NCBI GenBank assembly: GCA_964016885.1
Contig: OZ024753.1
Location: forward strand, 35,898,001 to 35,962,000
DNA: 64,000 nt
DNA from: Eledone cirrhosa
Lineage: Eukaryota
Reading direction: 5' to 3'
Shown here: positions 61,563-64,000 of the stretch, in pieces
Position numbering within the stretch: the first letter of the stretch is position 1
Layout of the letters: each line of letters starts with the position of its first letter
Notes under the pieces: model-generated
What the model was told of the DNA's origin: nothing
Databases searched by the model: none
The model's input: the letters and a program-made list of their open reading frames with translations, nothing else
Program-made: the position numbers and the translations under genes

Positions 61563-64000
61563 TGTCCTGGGTAAGACATTAAACTACATCCAGTGGCAAG
61601 GCTCCAGTTCGGGAGTTCAGCTGTGGGGAATGTGGAGTTACCCCTTAGTTGTCATAACTCCCAGGTCTGTTCTGGCCTGGAGTAGTAGTACCTGTTAGGG
61701 CCCCATTTATGGGATAAATAACTACCTTATTCGAGTGACGCCGGTAAGGTATTGTCAGCCATTGAAAAGAAATATGGAGAGTCTATCTAACAGCACTAGA
61801 GTTAGAGCCCCTAATTACACTGTCAAGGAGCAGTCTGGTCGTTATGACTCTGCTGGCTTAGAGCCACAGGGAGGGCCAGTGGATGATGGATCAGCTGTCT
61901 CTGAGACAAATATAAAGAATACAGTTTTGTCCTGCAGAAGAGCCATCAAAATGGGCACTTTGAATGTGAGGACTATTCGGACTCCATAGAGAGAGGAGTT
62001 GGGTCATCTGTTCGAGGAGAGTGGTATACAGATACTTGCGATCCAAGAACACAGGATCCTACACGATGAGCCCGTGAGAAGTGTGATGATTGGGAAGATG
62101 AGCCAGCTCATCACCACATCGGCAGTGAGGAACATGACCAATGCTGCAGTGGGAGGAGTGGGTTTTGTTTTCAGCACAAAAACCAGTCTATTGGTGAGGG
62201 AAATAATGCCTGTCTCTCCGCGAGTGTTGAGGGTGACCTTCAATGGAAACCCAAGACTGACAGTCATCTCAGCCTATAGTCCAACTGAGGGAGACAGTGA
62301 TGTGAGTGCAGAAGAGTTCCATGAGGAGGTGTGTAGAGCTGTCAACACCACACAACATCCTGCTTGTTTTGGGGGACTTCAATGCACATCTGAGTAGGGA
62401 AGGCAGTGAAGATCCTTGCTGGTACTTCCATAACAACACCAACACTGAGGACACCCTGCTGGAGACAAACTTGATAGCGACCAACCTAAGGTTTAGGAAG
62501 AATCCGGGGAAGGTGTGGACCTATCTCAGATATGCACCTGTCCAAGTTCCAGATTGATTTCATTCTGATGAGGAAAAAGTGGCGGAATAGTGTTCTGAAC
62601 ACAGAACCATACAACTATTTCAGTACACTGGGTAGTGACCACCGGCTTGTTATGAGTGAGGTCTGGGTGAGCTTAAGAAAGAGCAAGGCTCAGCCTTGGA
62701 GAGCAATCTATGACTGGGGAGCTTTCAAGGAAGATGATAAGCTACAGGAGTGGTTCACAGTGGAAGCGAGGAACAGGTTCAGTGCTCTGTGTGGAGAGAC
62801 AGAGGTGAGAGAGAGATTGGATGGACTGTGGAGAGTGTGACGAGGAGGTACGGGCACTTCACCAATGCAGTGGCGGAAGCAAGTGAGACCCGGGTGCCGA
62901 GGAGAAAGAACAAAAGGAAGCACGTCAGCTCTGCAGACCCAAAAGTGTGTGCAGCCAGAGAACACCTGAAAGCTGCCAAGGACCAATTCTATGCTGATCC
63001 TACGGAGGAGAGGATGAAGACTGTGGAGGTGATGAGGGAAGAACTCTGTACCGCTTACACTGAGGCCAGAGAGGAGGCACTGATAGAGAAGATCAGAAGT
63101 GTGGAGAGAGCGGTTGACAGATCTGGATGTAAGGAGAGCTGGATGATCATCAACGAGATCACAGGGAGGAAGAGAAGGTGTTCGAGTCAGATCCAGGGAA
63201 CAGGGCCCAAGGATAGGAAGAGAAATGGCTAGACCATTTTAGGACCCTACTAGGAGAGCCACCCTCCACAGCCCAGAGCAATGGGGACATCAGGCGGCTG
63301 TTTGAGGAACTGAATATTGAGACAGAACCCTTCACCAGAGAGGAGCTTCAGAGAGCCAATAAGAAGATCAAGGAGGGAAAGGCTCATGGAGAAGATGGAG
63401 TGGCATAAGAGGTGTGATTTTGATGATATCATCCTGGGGTTCTGTAACCAGGCACTGGATAAAGGAGTTGCCCCGAATCAGTGGAGGATCAGTAACATCG
63501 TCCCAGCGCCAAAGAAGGGAGAGATCTCTAACAGCAACAACTACAGGGGGATCTCACTGAGATCACTTCGGGCAAAGACCCTCAACAGAATGATTCTTAA
63601 CAGGATCCAGCCTGAGATGGAGAAGAAGCTCAGGGACAACCAGAACAGCTTCAGAGAGGGAAGATCAACCACCAGTCACATCCTGATGCTGAGGAGTATA
63701 TTAGAGGGAGCTAGAGCAAAGTGCATTCCTGCAGTCATGGTTTTCATTGACTTTAGGAAGGCCTTTGATTCTGTGGACCGTCACTGCCTGATGAAGATCT
63801 TACAGGCTTATGGAATCCCCAAGAAGATAGTGGACCTGATATCACTGCTCTACACCAACACCAAAGCCCAAGTCATTATACCTGATGGGATGACAGAGTT
63901 CTTTGAGATACTGGCTGGAGTGCTCCAGGGAGATACATTGGCTCCCTACCTTTTTATCCTCGTAGTGGACTATTATATGCACCTTGCACTGGAGAAACAC
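61563..64000 (+). mobile_element. RTE/RTEX-type LINE with 5' region: APE endonuclease plus RT, multiple frameshifts and stops, runs off the window
   Basis: GTLNVRT, ILAIQEHR, GGVGF, AYSPT, GDFNAH, QIDFIL, SDHRLV, PKKG..NYRGISL, FIDFRKAFDSV, GVLQGDTLAP. Confidence 0.93.

Noticed and set aside
60727-61698. Ile/Tyr-rich ORFs (also at 11635-12020 and 44069-44439)
   Set aside because: Translations of (TA)n microsatellites

Overview
Eukaryotic, AT-rich, repeat-dense animal DNA. The SINE and RTE repeat families look cephalopod/octopus-like; this is an inference, not confirmed. Bases 1-33 kb carry the 3' ~80% of an intron-rich DNA topoisomerase II (TOP2) gene on +. I traced 25 GT-AG exons (318-31547, ~1305 codons) running from the transducer through TOPRIM, WHD (catalytic ASPRY), tower and the C-terminal domain. 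The 5' exons lie upstream of the window. The rest (33-64 kb) is mostly transposon-derived: RTE and CR1 LINE relics, SINEs, piggyBac-type MITEs, a maT/Tc1-mariner relic, a large foldback-like TIR family, and a 4.7-kb satellite derived from an RTE 3' UTR. Most notable: (1) near-perfect palindromes in (TA)n tracts that contain type I hammerhead ribozyme cores with covarying stems, probably Penelope-like; (2) a compensating -1/+1 frameshift pair with in-frame stops inside a conserved TOP2 exon; (3) two candidate frame-preserving TOP2 microexons; (4) a twin-primed, 5'-inverted RTE insertion.
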